Assembly: GCA_963514005.1 (NCBI GenBank)
Contig: OY740802.1
Location: forward strand, 18,166,001 to 18,230,000
Origin: Raja brachyura
Lineage: Eukaryota
Reading direction: 5' to 3'
Length of the DNA: 64,000 nucleotides
The first letter of the stretch is position 1. Every line of letters begins with the position of its first letter. Both the position numbers and the translations under genes were made by a program. The notes below the pieces were generated by a model. It did no database searches. It saw nothing but the letters and a program-made list of their open reading frames with translations, and was not told where the DNA came from. Shown here in pieces: positions 38,491-52,230 of the stretch.

Positions 38491-41400
38491 ATTTTACTTC
38501 GGAGTCACGTGAGTGACTATGCGAAGAAGCCCCGCCAGGAGCATGCGCGTCATTACGTCCGACGCATGGCGTACCGACGGCGGTAAGTAGTAAACCGGCA
38601 GGTAAGTGATTTTAAAACTTTCTGCTGGTATTTAAACTCCATGAGACTGGTTCAGGAGCCAGCAGGAGTATTTCGAGATGGAGAAAGTTGTTAAAAAGTC
38701 TGCCGTCCGTAGCAAGAGTTTAACTTGCGTTATCGCGGTTAGTACTCGCAGATCGGGTAGGTAGATACCGACTGTGGTAACGCCGGCTCCGACAACGACT
38801 GCAGAACCGCTGGCAGCTCAACTGCTTCCATTAACTCCAGTGCCTCTGGGCGCTGTGGCCACTCCAGCAGAGAGAAAAGCCAAACGAAAATCGGTCAGGC
38901 CCATTTTATCTGACGAGCCTGATGAAGTAGACTCCCCTCCTTCCAACAAGAAGGTCTGGGGATGTCTAGACAAAATGGAAAGAATGCTTCAAACCATGAT
39001 GAGCCATGAAGTATTCCAATCGGGGTCGCATGCCCCCAGGATTCCCCAAACAGCCTCAGGCAGAGGCCCATATGGTGAGGAGGACTTGAACGCCAATGAG
39101 TACTAATGGGAATCAGCCCTCACCAGCACCTTGTTTAGGGCTGGTAGAGACCTCCCTAGAGCAAGACCCGGGAGAGCCAGGGCAGGAGGAGTCTGACCCT
39201 GAAGTTGGTGTCACTGCTTTTGTGCATACACCAAGGCACATGAGCCATGCTCCAGGTGTCCCGGATGTGGCTAGAAATGTTGACATTCCGGAGGGTACTG
39301 GTGAAGCCATGGAGGAAAATCTGGCTTCCAATATAAACTACATGGCCACTCACCAGCTCCAGGATTCCATCATGGAACAGATGACAACGCGTTACCAGAC
39401 ACCTGTTAACTGTGCATCGCTCAAGGTGCCCACCTTGAACTCGGCTATCTGTGTGCAAATGAGCGCATCGATGAGGGGGCAAGAGCTCCGTTTCTAGCGA
39501 GTCCTCAAATGAGTGGGGGCAGGTATCACGGCATTTGGGAAAATGGTCCAAGGGGCACCAATGTCAGGAACACAGCAGGATATATTGGCCCTGCTGTGCA
39601 ATGCCCATTTCGAGATCAACTGTATCTGGAAAATTGTCATCAAGCCAACGTTAAAACTATTGGCCTCATGAAAACCTACATACCACCTCACAGGTCTTTC
39701 TCAACCAGACGGGCGTCAGATCGTGGAGCAGGCCCAAGTAGAATGTTCCCAGTTGGACACCGTCCATATCCACCTGCGTATTCCAACTACAACCCCAACA
39801 TGGCCAGAAGAGTGAGAAGTTCAAGGTCAACTATGGAGGTACGGGTAACTCATTCAGTCCAGGATAAATCTTCTGGGGAACAACCTCCGGTTGGGGGTAG
39901 GTTACAGTTATTTTATGATGAATGGTGCTGCATAATATATGATCTGTTTATACTGGACACTGTCTCAGGGTCTCGAATTGAGTTTATGTCAGGAATACAT
40001 CCACCTGCACAAAATATGCCTAGTCGGGTATTGTTTTTTTCTGGACCAGAAACTCTGCAGGTAAATTATAAAATTGGGGTTTTATTCCAAAAAGGGGTAA
40101 TTGAGAAGACGGTATATCATCCTCAACAATTTGTGTCCAATATATTCCCCAGACAGAAAAAAGATGGTGGGTGTCGAGTCATTCTAGGCCTAACCCAGTT
40201 AAATTCCTATGTCCAGTATAGGCATTTTAAAATGGACACTATCAGTACTGCTAAACAGCTGTTATCAAAAGGTTGTTATATGGCAACTATAGATCTGAAA
40301 GATGCATATTATTCAGTACCAATTCAGCATCAGTACCGTAGATACTTGAAATTTAATTGGATGGGACAGCTGTGGCAATTTAAAGCATTGCCCAATGGGT
40401 TAACCTCAGCTCCTAGGTTGTTCACAAAATTGTTAAAACCAGTTCTGGCACTACTTCATGCCTAGAATTACATTGTGATGGCTTACTTAGATGATGTTTT
40501 AATTATAAGCAACACTCAAGAAGCAGCTGGGGAGTCGGTTTCAGCAACCAAACACCTGTTAGGTTTTCTCATCCATCCAACAAAATCCAAGCTAGTGCCA
40601 TCCCAAAAAATTAACTATTTGGGATTTGTCATTGATTCAGTTGTTGTGTCAGTGACTTTGCCTACGGCCAAGGCTATTGAAATCACGGAGGTCTGTAGCA
40701 GTCTCTTAGAAGAGCAACAACCCTCCATCCGGCAAGTAGCCAGTGTTATTGGTAAATTGGTGGCGGCTTCCCCTGCAGTGCAGTTTGGACCTCTGCACTA
40801 TCAAATGTTGCAACAAAGTACCAAAAACATTTTGACTTAACAATCTGCAGTGGTTTTACAAACAGATGTCAGTGCTTTGGGATGGGGAGCCACGGACAGC
40901 GACTCTAGCTGTGGTGGTAGATGGAGTGTGCAAGAGGAATTAATCCTGCAAAGGCATGGTTTATATTACTTAGAATTGCTGGGTGCATTCTATGGATTAA
41001 AAGCATACTGTTCAGCAATGAATGATTTACATGATCAGCTCCAGATTGACAATACCATGGCTGTTGCTTATATCAATCACATGGGAGGAATAAGGTCAGT
41101 ATCATGTGATAATCTGGCTAACCTCATTTGGGACTGGTGCATTTTCAGAAATATCTGGGTCTCAGCTATCTACCTACCAGGTAGAGAAAATGTGGTGGCG
41201 GACAACAGGTCACGGAAATTTAATGACAACATAGAATGGATGCTAAATCCTGCTGGTTTTTAAATGTTTGTCAGCCGCTATGGTTTGCCAGATATAGATC
41301 TGTTTGCGTTTCATGGGACCAAATCTAGGAGCAGTAGCGGTGGATGCATTCTCGCTACATTGGGGACGTACGCTCTTTTACGCTTTCCCCCCCCATTCTG

Positions 41401-43114
41401 CCTCATCAGGCAATGTCTCACCAAAATAGAGCAGGACTCTACCTCAGGCGTTTTGGTGGTTCCAGACTGGCCTACACAGCCATAGTTCCCATTGGTGCTG
41501 CGAATGATGACTCAGCCATTCATGACTATCCCCAAGTGCAGTAATTTGTTGTTTCATCTGGTAACAGGAGAAAGTCATCCATTACATGATCGTATTAATC
41601 TGTTAATCTGCAGGTTCTAACCAGACCGTTCCAAGGGCTTGGACTGTCAAGTAAGACCATGGATGTGATTACTGCAGCTTGGAGAGATAGCAACAAAAAA
41701 CAATATGTGTCTCATATTAAGAAATGGGGGATGTTTTGCTTGCAGTCAGATATATTTTATCATACTGCAAGCATACCAGATGTATTGGAGTTCCTTGCTA
41801 CATTGCATTTTGATGAACACTTGAGCTATAGTGCCATTAATAGTGCTCGGAGTGCTTTGTCCTATTTAGGGCAGTTTTCAGAATAACAATCTATCGGGTC
41901 TCATCCATTAGTGTCCTGATTCATGAGAGGGATCTTTAACAAAAACCCTCCTAAGCCTGGATATACAGAAATCTGGAATGTCAGTATAGTTCTCACACTG
42001 CTTCGGTAATGGGCTCCAATCACGTCACTATCTTTTCAGAAATTAACATTTAAAGTGGTTATGCTCATGGCGTTAGTTTCAGCGCAACAAGTTCAAACAT
42101 TGCAAAAGCTATGGCTGGATAGCATGTATTCTTCTGTAGATAACATTACTTTTGATGTATATGATTTAATCAAACAAAGCAGGCCAGGAATGGCCGGAAC
42201 CAAAGTAAGCTTTAAAGCATACCCCGTTGACGAAACGCTATGTGTAGTTAAGCACCCGAGTCAATATTTCGAGGTAACTAAGAGTCTCAGAGGCTCCGAG
42301 ACAGCAATACTCATCAGCCACAAAAAACCTAATAAAAAGGTGTCAGTACAAACTATTTCTAGATGGTTAAAACAGGTGTTGGATTGTGCTGGAGTACACA
42401 CTCATGTGCTTAAATCTCACTCCACCAGGGTAGCATCAACATCCACAGCGAAGGCACAGGACATGCCTCTTGATCAAATCCTCGGGGCCACAGGATGGTC
42501 TAGGGAGGCGACCTTCTCCAAGTTTTATGACAAACGTGTCCTGACAGAGCAAGGTTTTGGGCATGCTGCTTGGGTTCCGTTTGATTTCTTTTCTAAATTT
42601 CATTTGTAATTTCCCCCTGGGATAGAGGAGTTATTACTGTTTTTGTTTATTATTATTAAAAAATGTTTATTGAATAATCCGAGCAATGGTCAAATACATT
42701 ATTTGTTCACTACTGTGTCAACTGAAGCAGTGTGTCGTATGGAATGGATCTACAGCATGAAATCACAGAGCTTTGAAATCTTCACGTAGTCACTCACGTG
42801 ACTCCGAAGTAAAATAGTACGATTAAACGAGAACTTACCAGTTTGAAGTTTGATCTTTATTTTATGAGGAGTTACGATAAGGGATTACATGCCCTCTGCT
42901 CCCGGCCCTCATAATCGCAAAGATCATCTAGTAGTTCTAGTCTTCCGAGTCTTACTATATCACTTCGACTATAGTTACTATGTTTTCAGTACTGCTTTGA
43001 AGTATGACGCGCATCCACCTGGCGGGGCTTCTTCACGTAATCCCTCATCGTAACTCCTCATAAAATAAAGATCAAACTTCAAATTGGTAAGTTCTCTTTT
43101 AATCTTACTATTTT
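38491..43114 (+). mobile_element. DIRS retrotransposon, copy 2 (diverged relative of copy 1, decayed)
   Basis: Same ITRs (left from 38491, right about 43003-43114), ICR at 42779-42890. Gag about 38678-39838, RT/RNase H/MTase 39839-41620, YR 41614-42585. Several stops and deletions. Confidence 0.95.
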
Positions 43115-46100
43115 ATTTTTAAACCAAAAACATCAATTCTTTTGGTATTCCTACAAAAAGGAAGACTGTAGGATAGTTTGTACAGTCACCATTCTTCTTT
43201 GGAATTGATTGTTTGAACATACTCTCCAGCATAAGAAAATGTCACTGACTGCAAGAAACTGCCAGAAGCTATATGTACAATTGCTGGAAATTTCCTGATC
43301 ACTGGTGTATTTCCCAAATTCCACTGAGGGTATATTTTATGTTCAAAGGTGAATGGTCCCAGTTACTACTTATCAGAAAGTAAGATGGTGTATATACAAT
43401 CAGCTCTGGTACTCAAGGCTGGTGCTGAATGATTTCAGTTTGTTGTCTTCAGGAGGCCCATGGGCCGAAGACCAACGTGCATCTCTTTACATTGCTGCTC
43501 TGCATTTTGGAGTTGGGAGATTTGGAGCATGTTTGGAAGCCATGATTTTCAGATGCTAATTCTGACATGGGTTCCTAATGTTTTAGGAACATTAGGAACA
43601 TGTTTTAGGAAGAACCAGATTCTTCCAAGGTCCTCAGCTGTGCTAGACTGTAGAAATGCTAATTCCAAGCATGGTTATGAAACAGGCAGCCTTTGTTAGT
43701 TTCTTCATATGGTGACATTGAACTTGAAGTCATCTGAAGTTTATTTTTCACTTTTAGATAGACACAAAAGCATCTCTGGATAGAAGGAATGGGTAACATT
43801 TCGGATCGAGACCCTTCTTCAAACTGAGAGTCAAGGGAAAGAGAATCGAGAAAAATGGAAGTGTAAGGAGTGAAAACAAGAGATCAAAGGGGATGTAGAG
43901 CAAGGAAAATGTAGAATAGATCTTTGTTAGCTAGGGGAAGGTGACACAGTTTTCTTCCACATGCTGTGGTCTTAAGATGTACAATAAAAATATTAGGATA
44001 GGATTTGTATCCGATAACATGGTAGATCTGAATACTCATAAGCAGTCAAAAAAGAATTATATTTTATTTCATGTTAGATATCAGTCATATCTCATGGGCT
44101 TTCAATGTTTTCCGTTTATAACATACATTAAAAATTAATTGGGTAAAAGCTGAAAGAGATGGGTTCAATGGCACGTTCTATTCCTTTGTGGACTGGTGTC
44201 AGCCAGTCGAAAGTAGTGAGAGTGCTAATTAATTTTTCATTGTGTGATCCAAGTTCATGATCATTATGCCTCAATCATTTTCTTCAAGTCTCATGGAAAG
44301 GAAACGCAGTGGTAAGAATTAGAATGTGATGTTATTGTTGTGAATTAAGTGAGTGGGAAAATATGTTAAAAGGATGTCTTTACAAAAACAATTCACGGTT
44401 TATTTGAGTGATGTCCATGAGTTCATAAGTCTTTGGAGCAGAATTAGGCCATTCAGCCCATCGAGTCTACTCTGTCATTCAATCATCCTTCCCCCTCAAC
44501 CCCATTCTCCTGCCTTCACCCCATTACCCTTGACACCCATAACCTTGACAGTTGTGAGGCTAACTACTGTCATGCCTTGTTTTTCTTTAATGTTTGAGCA
44601 ATGTGTTTGAAATTCTTGTTCAGACACAAATTCATTCTGCCGATGGGATAATCTATTTCCTCAAGATGTAAGTCAACTGCACTTGGTATTCTCGGTTGGT
44701 CTCTCATTGCAAGGCTTGAACCAGCTTAATGGGGTATCCATAAAGAGCACTGGTAAATGCATTACCAGTGGAGGTCAAGACTACCACAGGCATCAGCTTG
44801 CATGCTACACAAACCTTCCAGCTCTCAACAGAGCAAACACTTTACCATATTTCCACTCGCATATTAGGATCAGAAGCTGATCAATCTCTGGAAGCCAGAA
44901 CATAAATAAATTCGTCTTTCAACCATGTCTTACTATGCTGGGCTTCGTACGATTGTTTTTATTTGTACACAATAATCTTGGATTTACTCTTTGCTGCTGT
45001 TCCTGTTCTGCATATTTTATTGGACACTTGAAAATTACTTGCATTTTTTCAACATCGTGAGAATGGAATTAGCAGCAAAATTGAATAACCCCCCCCCCCC
45101 CCACTGGCCCATGCGTATGCATGAAACTGGGAACTTCCCTGCAGTTGGACTGGCCTTGCTTTGCGCTCATGTGACAGAGGTACATGAATGGTTCTCTCCC
45201 AAATAATGGAGACCTCCATCACATGCCAAGTGCAAGATGGCAAGCCTCAGTACAGAAAATAGACACAAAATGGTGGAGTAAGTCAGCAGGTCAGGCAACA
45301 TCTCCGGAGAAAATAGATAAGTGACGTTTCACGTCAGGACCTTTCTGCAGACTGATTGTGGGGAGGGAGGAGGAGACTGGAAGCAAAAAAAAACATGACA
45401 AATCAAGCTGGCAACAGGTGTGAGCTCGACAGGTATACATAGTTATGAAGTGTATTTATTTTATTACAAGTTTATTGCAATTATGCTTAGGTGAATCTAA
45501 TAATGGTTTCTCAATACTGAAATAACTACAGATAGAGGCCTACAGGTTTTCTTCGAAACAAACACACTTGAAACGCTGATATTTTCTCTGTTAATATTAT
45601 TCTATAGAGAGCATTGAGGGATACGTTTCACATGCAAGAAGATGAGGTTAGTTTATTTTGGCATCATGTTCAGCACACACATGATGAGTTGAAGTGCCTG
45701 CTCCTATACTGTAATGTTCTAGGTTTTATGTTCTATGGAATTCACAGAATCTGTCTGATCTTTATAATTCACGTAACTTCTGTGCGTTTTAATTAAATTG
45801 TAGATCATCTTTTAGAGTTCATCCTGGTGTATTGAATGGTTGATACTGAATTTATACTCCAAGTAGCATTTGCTAAAATTGATCCCTCTACTCACATCTG
45901 AAATCTCTTCTTTATTTTGCACAATCATTACCCAATATCATTTTGTGGCACTAACGTTAAATAATTTCCTGCTATTATTATGCATGCCATCGCTAGAGAG
46001 AAAGATCAAAATTATTAGAGGCCAAATGGCTCATTAGCAGTTTTGTAAGATTATTAAAACACTTCTGTTTCACTTTGTCATTGTTGTTCATTAATTTACA

Positions 46101-47381
46101 TTTTTCACATTAGAATACAGCAATGGCATATTTTGCAGCTATTTCACTAGGTCTGTTGAAATTTTTGGAAAATTATGCAAGAAACTTTTTTTTCAAAACA
46201 ATTCTGAAGCACTGCAAAACACTGGATTCCTGCAAATACTTGCCATCAAGGAAAATATTTCATTCATCACCTCAATAGCCCTTTAGGGTAAAGATGACAT
46301 AATTCCTTCACTATGAATTCCATGTCACTTGGAAGGGTAATCACGGCTTTAGGATGATTGAATCATCCTTCAGTTTTCAAGTGGTAAACGACCTCTGGAT
46401 TAGATTTGACTTTCCCTCAACTTTAAAGCCTTCATTAGATATTATGAAGGCATCGGTGTCTTCTGAACTGCCCCACATTCTGTAAATGATCATCTCGTAA
46501 ACTCCTCACTGAAATTCTGTCAAGCTATTTGAGGTATAGATTATCTTGTCATTTGCTGTAGTGCTTGATTATTCCAGCTATTATAGATGAAAGATCAAAC
46601 AGATAACAAAGAGGAGTCACAAGAGAAGGCAGACGCTAGACTGTTCAGCAAAAAGAACTGACGAACAGGTTCAGACTCAAAACCTCACCCCGCCCCCAAT
46701 TCCCCCTTGATCCAATAATGTGGCTGAATTACTTCATGGGGTCAAGCTTTCAGGCCTAGGATCTTTGCCCAAGACCCTTCAACAGAACTGGGAATGTGAG
46801 AGAACAATTAGTTTGAGTTTGCAGTGAAGGTGGAGGGAGGGATCGATTAGGCAAATTGAATTTCTTAGATAGTTAGTGGTCACGATTGCTGGGGTGATGA
46901 GTTAATTAACAAGGTGGGTTAAGAGGGTAACGAAGAGGTGTGAGATGTCCGGATGTGTGCTAATGGTGAGAGAAAAAAGGAAGGGAATACAAAGAAGAGC
47001 CAACAGTACAAATGGATGGCTTGCTGCAAAAGTGACCAGCTCTGATTATTGACAGAGAATACAAGTTACCAGATTTTGGAGAATTAATAATCAAGTCTGA
47101 AAGGTTACAATGTGCCCTGACAGAAGATGAGGTATGGTTTTATTTTTGACCGATGCTGTCTGACTTGCAGAGTGATTCCAGCGCGTTCAGTTTGCTTTTG
47201 TGTCAACCAAGTTGCTGTTGGTCTGGGATTACATCCAGGGCCAGATCAAGAAAGGTCACCAGATGTCCTTGGTTGAAAGTCCTTAGTGAAGCAGATGGGC
47301 TTCAACAATGATCTGATAACTTTGCAGTCGCCATAATTGAAGCTGAGACTAGTTACTGCACCCACAGCTCGTATCCTGCAC

Positions 47382-47400
47382 ACAGCGCCATCTATTCAGC
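47382..47400 (-). promoter_or_regulatory. Possible CTCF site (GCTGAATAGATGGCGCTGT)
   Basis: AGATGGCGC core in non-repeat sequence. The 5' half deviates from the CCASY consensus. Confidence 0.25.
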
Positions 47401-48389
47401 TACAGGAGCCATGCCACACAGCGGATTATACGACGTTACACACACAACACGAGCGCCTAGCAGGCCATGGCCCTTGCTCAGCCAAATGCAAGACCCTGCA
47501 GACTGCTGGAAGAAGCCGCCAATCTGGATGGGGGAGGATGGTCCCTACCTGTCCCCCGAAGAAGGAACGAGGGAGCTGGCACAACAGGCAAGGAGCAAGA
47601 CTGGTAGGAGAGGAGAGTCTACTCCACCATGCCCTTGTTCCGCTGAGTTACTCCAGCATTTTGTGTCAACCTACACACCTGCACATCTTTGGAATGTGGA
47701 AGGAAACCAGATCACCCAGAGAAAACCCACAAGGTCACAGGGAGAATGGAAAGACAGCACCCATTGTCAGGATCGAACTAGGGTCTCCGGCGCTGTAAGG
47801 CAGCAAGTTTGGAGATATAATGAACAATACCCGACAGAATAGACTGCAAAATGAAATAACACTGCTGTAGGGGCCCATTTGGTGAAGTGGAAGTTGGCAG
47901 AGATGTGCTGATTGACTGGAAGATCTTGAACATATTTGGATAGTAATGAAAATCAGTAGCCATGAAAGTTAGTGACTCAGAGATCTGGACACAGTGCCAC
48001 ATAAAGATTTTATGATAGAAAAGGGACAAGTGATTCACTTCCTGACATGACACAAATGAGGAGTGTGATTAAACAATCTTCATTTGACCACAAACATTTC
48101 TTGAGAAATTCAACACTGACCAGGACAAAGCAGTCCATTTCATTGAAGCTCACTCCATCACCCTCTGCACTCATTCCCTCCACCACTGGCACACTGTGGC
48201 TGTAATATGAGACATACAAAATATAGGGCAGCTACTTGCCAATGCTACTCCAACTAAATATTTCAAATCTGTGATCTCTGCTCCAAGAAGGGCCTGGGAT
48301 CACTATTATCTGCTGGTTGCCTTCCGGGTTCCTGATTTGCAAATGTATCACCATTCCATCATCATGGTCCCCTTCATCCTGAATTCACA

Positions 48390-48860
48390 AGTTATAGGAG
48401 TAGAATTAGGCCATTCGGCCCATCGAGTCTACTCTGCCATTCAATCATGGCTGATCTCTGCCTTCTAACCCCATTTCCCTGCCTTCTCCCCATATCCCTG
48501 TGACCGTGCGGGTTTTCTCTGGGTGATCTAGTTTCCTTCCACATTCCAAAGATGTGCAGGTTTGTATGTTGACACAAAATGCTAGAGTAACAAGCAGCAT
48601 CTCTGCAGAGAAGGAATGGGTGATGTTTCGGGTCAAGACCTCGACCCGAAACGTCACCCATTCCTTCTCTCCAGAGATGCTGCTTGCCCTGCTGAGTTAC
48701 TCCAGTATTTTGTAACTACCTTCGATTTAAACCAGCATCTGCAGTTCTTTCCTACACAGGTTTGTAGGTTAATTGGTGTCTATAAATTGTCACAAGAGTG
48801 CAGGAACCAGGTGTGCAGGGTGAATGTTGGCCGGCGCGGTCTCGGTGGGCCAAGGTATGC
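48390..48860. mobile_element. Nested cluster: CR1 3' tail (-), HE1 SINE (+) and a Penelope-derived palindrome (about 48570-48735)
   Basis: Recognisable family motifs. The SINE V-domain resumes after the palindrome. Confidence 0.6.
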
Positions 48861-49478
48861 AAATACCTCCTCCCCCCCCCACTATGCGCGCCAGTTCCCC
48901 CTTTGGTCTTCCCCCCTACCTCACAACGGTCCCCCCCATGCCGGGTCCTCCATTGTTCTTTGTTCTTCACTGCCATCCCCCCCGCACAGGTTCTGCATTG
49001 TCCATTGTTCTACCCCCCCCCAACCCTCAGGGTGGTCCCCCCATGCTGGGTCCCCGTTGCTCTTCCCTTTGCTGGGTCCTCCCTTGTTCCTTCAAATACC
49101 AGCTAGTTGTAAGCACATGGGCCAGTTTTAATTGCTGTTAAGGGTACTGTGATGGACAATATATGCAACATTTATCAGTATGGTCATATTTCAAGTTCAA
49201 ATTAAAAATGTATCCAGCCAGGCCAAGATGGCTGTAGAACAAATAAATTGATGAACAATTAGCTAATACCAAGCATGGGTATTAAAATGGTGCAAAATAT
49301 TAAAGGAAGATTGATTGGGAAAGCCAGCAACAATGGTTTGCAGTTTTGGTAATTAAAGCAATTAGTCTTATCTTCAAACCAGTATGTAGCTGATTCACTT
49401 TTCACAATTCCCCCTCTCTCGCGCCATTCCTTAATGGACTCTATAATTAACTCCCCCCCCCCCCCCCCCCCTTCTTAC

Positions 49479-49590
49479 CTCCGCAATGAAGTGATCTGCT
49501 CATTTGTTAGTCCGCCATTTTCTTCTTGTAATATGAGTAATTTCATTTTCAATTGGTTCACTTTGACAGGAAAACTTTTCAGAAAAATGT
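49479..49590 (-). CDS. Formin FH2 exon: (N)IFLKSFPVKVNQLKMKLLILQEENGGLTNEQITSLR(R)
   Basis: Acceptor ttttctttaaag, donor AG|gtaaga. 112 nt, phase 1 to 2. Completes QNFNIFLKSF, which holds the conserved actin-binding Ile of the FH2 knob. Confidence 0.88.
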
Positions 49591-49768
49591 CTTTAAAGAA
49601 AATAAAAATATTGTCAATCAATCACTGTCCATAAATTAGAAAGTTCAAATCGATTAGCTAAAAAATGACAAATCCTGCTTTATTTTATTTTTTTTTTCCA
49701 ATCTTGTAGTTTATATTTCCACCTCTTTTGCTGGTTCCGTTGAAACAACCAAATTAACCAGTTCTAAG

Positions 49769-50913
49769 CAAAGATTATAGAGGAGCAAGATGCACCACTC
49801 CGTGGAAAAGGCGTAGTATCACATGTGTGATTGTCGACGCCATATTAGCGGACCAGAGATGGCGTCGACTATGGCGTCTATTGGGAAACTGTACTTCTTT
49901 ATGATCTTTGTCTCTCGATCTGCCGCTGTGTAATCCGCTCCAAAGCTACAGAGCAGTTGCAAGCAAAGATTATAGAGGAGCAAGATGCATTAGAAAGTTA
50001 TTAGATTTATTTGTAATAGATCTTTACTTACCTCTCGATCCTTCTCTCTCCCCCTCTTCTCTCGATCACCCTCTCTTCTCTATCGCTCTCTCTCCCCTGT
50101 CGATCTCTTTTTCTCCCCTGTCGATCTCTTTCTCTCCCCTCTCCAACTCTTTCTCTCCCCTCTCCAACTCTTTATCTCACCCTATCCAACTCTTTCTCTC
50201 CCCTCTCCTCGATTTCCCTCTCTCCCCCCCTTCCCTCTGTGTGAGAATTGGCAGCCCTGCTATGGCTTCGGCCCAAAAGATGATAGAAATAAATTACATA
50301 ATGGTCTTTGTAGGAAGATTTTAATAAGCTCTTCTATCCAAAGATTTGCTTCTATCTGTCCCACCATATATTTATATGAATGTGTGTTTGTGTGTGCCTG
50401 TAATTCTGTGCACAATGTGTGTTATAGCAATACAAGGGAAGATGTACAATGCAATGCAAGGTAAACTACGCAAAGGAGGGGCTGGGGAGGAAAGATGCGA
50501 GGGAAATGGGGGAACAGGGGGAAAAGGGAGGGGGAGAGAGAGAGAGGGAAGGAGGGGGAGGGGAGGGAGATCGAGAGAAGATGGGAGAGAGGGATCGAGG
50601 GGAGATAGAGAAGAGAGGGAGAGGGAGATCGAAAGAGAGGGAGAGAAAGAGGGATCGAGAGGGAGAAAAAGATCGAGAGGGGGAGAGAGAGGGATCGAGA
50701 GGTAAGTAAAGATCTATTACAAATAAATCTAATAACTTTCTAATGCATCTTGCTCCTCCATAATCTTTGCTTGTAACTGCTCTGTAGCTCTGTAGCGGAT
50801 TACACAGGGGGAGGCAATCCGCCAAAATGGCGGCCGTGACGTTCCGTTACGTACTACACACCAGTCCATTGGATTTCCACTGAGTGGTGCATCTTGCTCC
50901 TCTATAATCTTTG
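49769..50913. mobile_element. Non-autonomous DNA transposon with 8-bp TSD (hAT-like) and nested inverted repeats
   Basis: 32-bp TIR CAAAGATTATAGAGGAGCAAGATGCACCACTC. Perfect GTTCTAAG TSD at 49761-49768 and 50914-50921. Confidence 0.9.
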
Positions 50914-51774
50914 GTTCTAAGTGTTCTTTTTTCAACTCTCTTTTTTTTTGTGCAACACCAGCTACCCTATTCAAACTCAACAGGTTTGAGGCAATATTAT
51001 GTGCAGGTCTGACTATATGCAAGTATGGTAATTTTCATTCGGATTTGGGCTGTTTTAGATTGTTCACTCTCTATAAATAAATGCACTATCAAAGCAATGT
51101 AGTGTTACTAGGTGCAAATTCTTCCCAAAATTATGAATGGTTTTATTGGAATAATCCCATGTGAGGAAAGCATAAAGAGTGGAGTTACACCTAGTAGTAT
51201 CTCCCTATTAATTTACTCTGCAAAACAGAGTAAAAAAAAAGGATACTAGATCACAAGGCCTAGATGGATAGAAGGAAAACTGTGGATAAACGATTAATAA
51301 TGGACAGCTTTCTCACTGGAAACAGTTTGGAAATATTTCACTCGTACCAGCAATACTCCAGAATGGAAAAGTTCAAATGGATTTCTACAATTTAAGTATT
51401 GCAAACTTCTGCTGGATCATGACAGCAAAGAGATTGGTAATTCATCTCTGCAGTGGTATGTTGGAGAAAGATGTAGTCAGTCTACAGCAGGGCCAAGTTG
51501 CACATGACATCACACACATCCAGGCTGAGGAAAAACACTGCAACTCGTACAATGACAAATTCCAGAAAATGCCTACGCCTTCGTTGCAAGGATCTGGAGA
51601 AAGGCTTCACAAACTAACACTAAAACTTAACAAACTGTTGCTACTGTCATGCATCAGCAAGTAAACGTTTAAATTCAATATCATGGTAGAGTCCTGATGC
51701 GGCCATAGAAAAAAAAGTGACTATTAACTGTGTGATTTCCTGACAGATGAGAGTGGAAGAAAGATAACTGATGT

Positions 51775-52230
51775 TTTAGTTTAGTTTAGTTTAGAGATAC
51801 TGCATGGAAAATTTGGCCCACAGTGTCTGCATCGACCAATAATCACCGATTGTTAGTCTGAAGAATTGACTCAACCTCAACCAGAAATCTCCTTTTTCTC
51901 TGGAGATGCTGCCTGACATGCTGACTTACTCCAGCACTTTGTGTCTTTCTTTGGTGTAAACCAACATCTGCAGTTCCTTGTTTCTGCACAATCACCCATC
52001 ATCCCAGTTTCAGATTCTACACACTAGGCGCAATTTACTCAATCCAATTAACCCTAAAAACTTACGCATCTTTGGAATGTGGGAGGAAACCACAGCACCC
52101 AGAACAATTCCTCGCAAACACAGGGAGAATGTACAAACTTCATACAGACAGCATCCGTAATCAGAATTGAACCCAGGTCGCTGGCTCTGTAAGGCAGCAA
52201 CTCTACCCATGTGCCACTGTGCCACCCCAT
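51775..52230 (-). mobile_element. HE1-like SINE interrupted by a Penelope-derived fragment (about 51855-51985)
   Basis: tRNA-like head with A and B boxes at 52160-52228, V-domain and (ACTAA)n tail. Confidence 0.7.

Noticed and set aside
47337-47842. 143-153 aa ORFs as a nested gene
   Set aside because: Their 3' halves run through Penelope and SINE repeats, and no domain is recognisable.
49908-50825. Mirror ORFs of 119-138 aa on both strands
   Set aside because: Artefacts of inverted repeats and low-complexity GA/CT tracts in a non-autonomous transposon.
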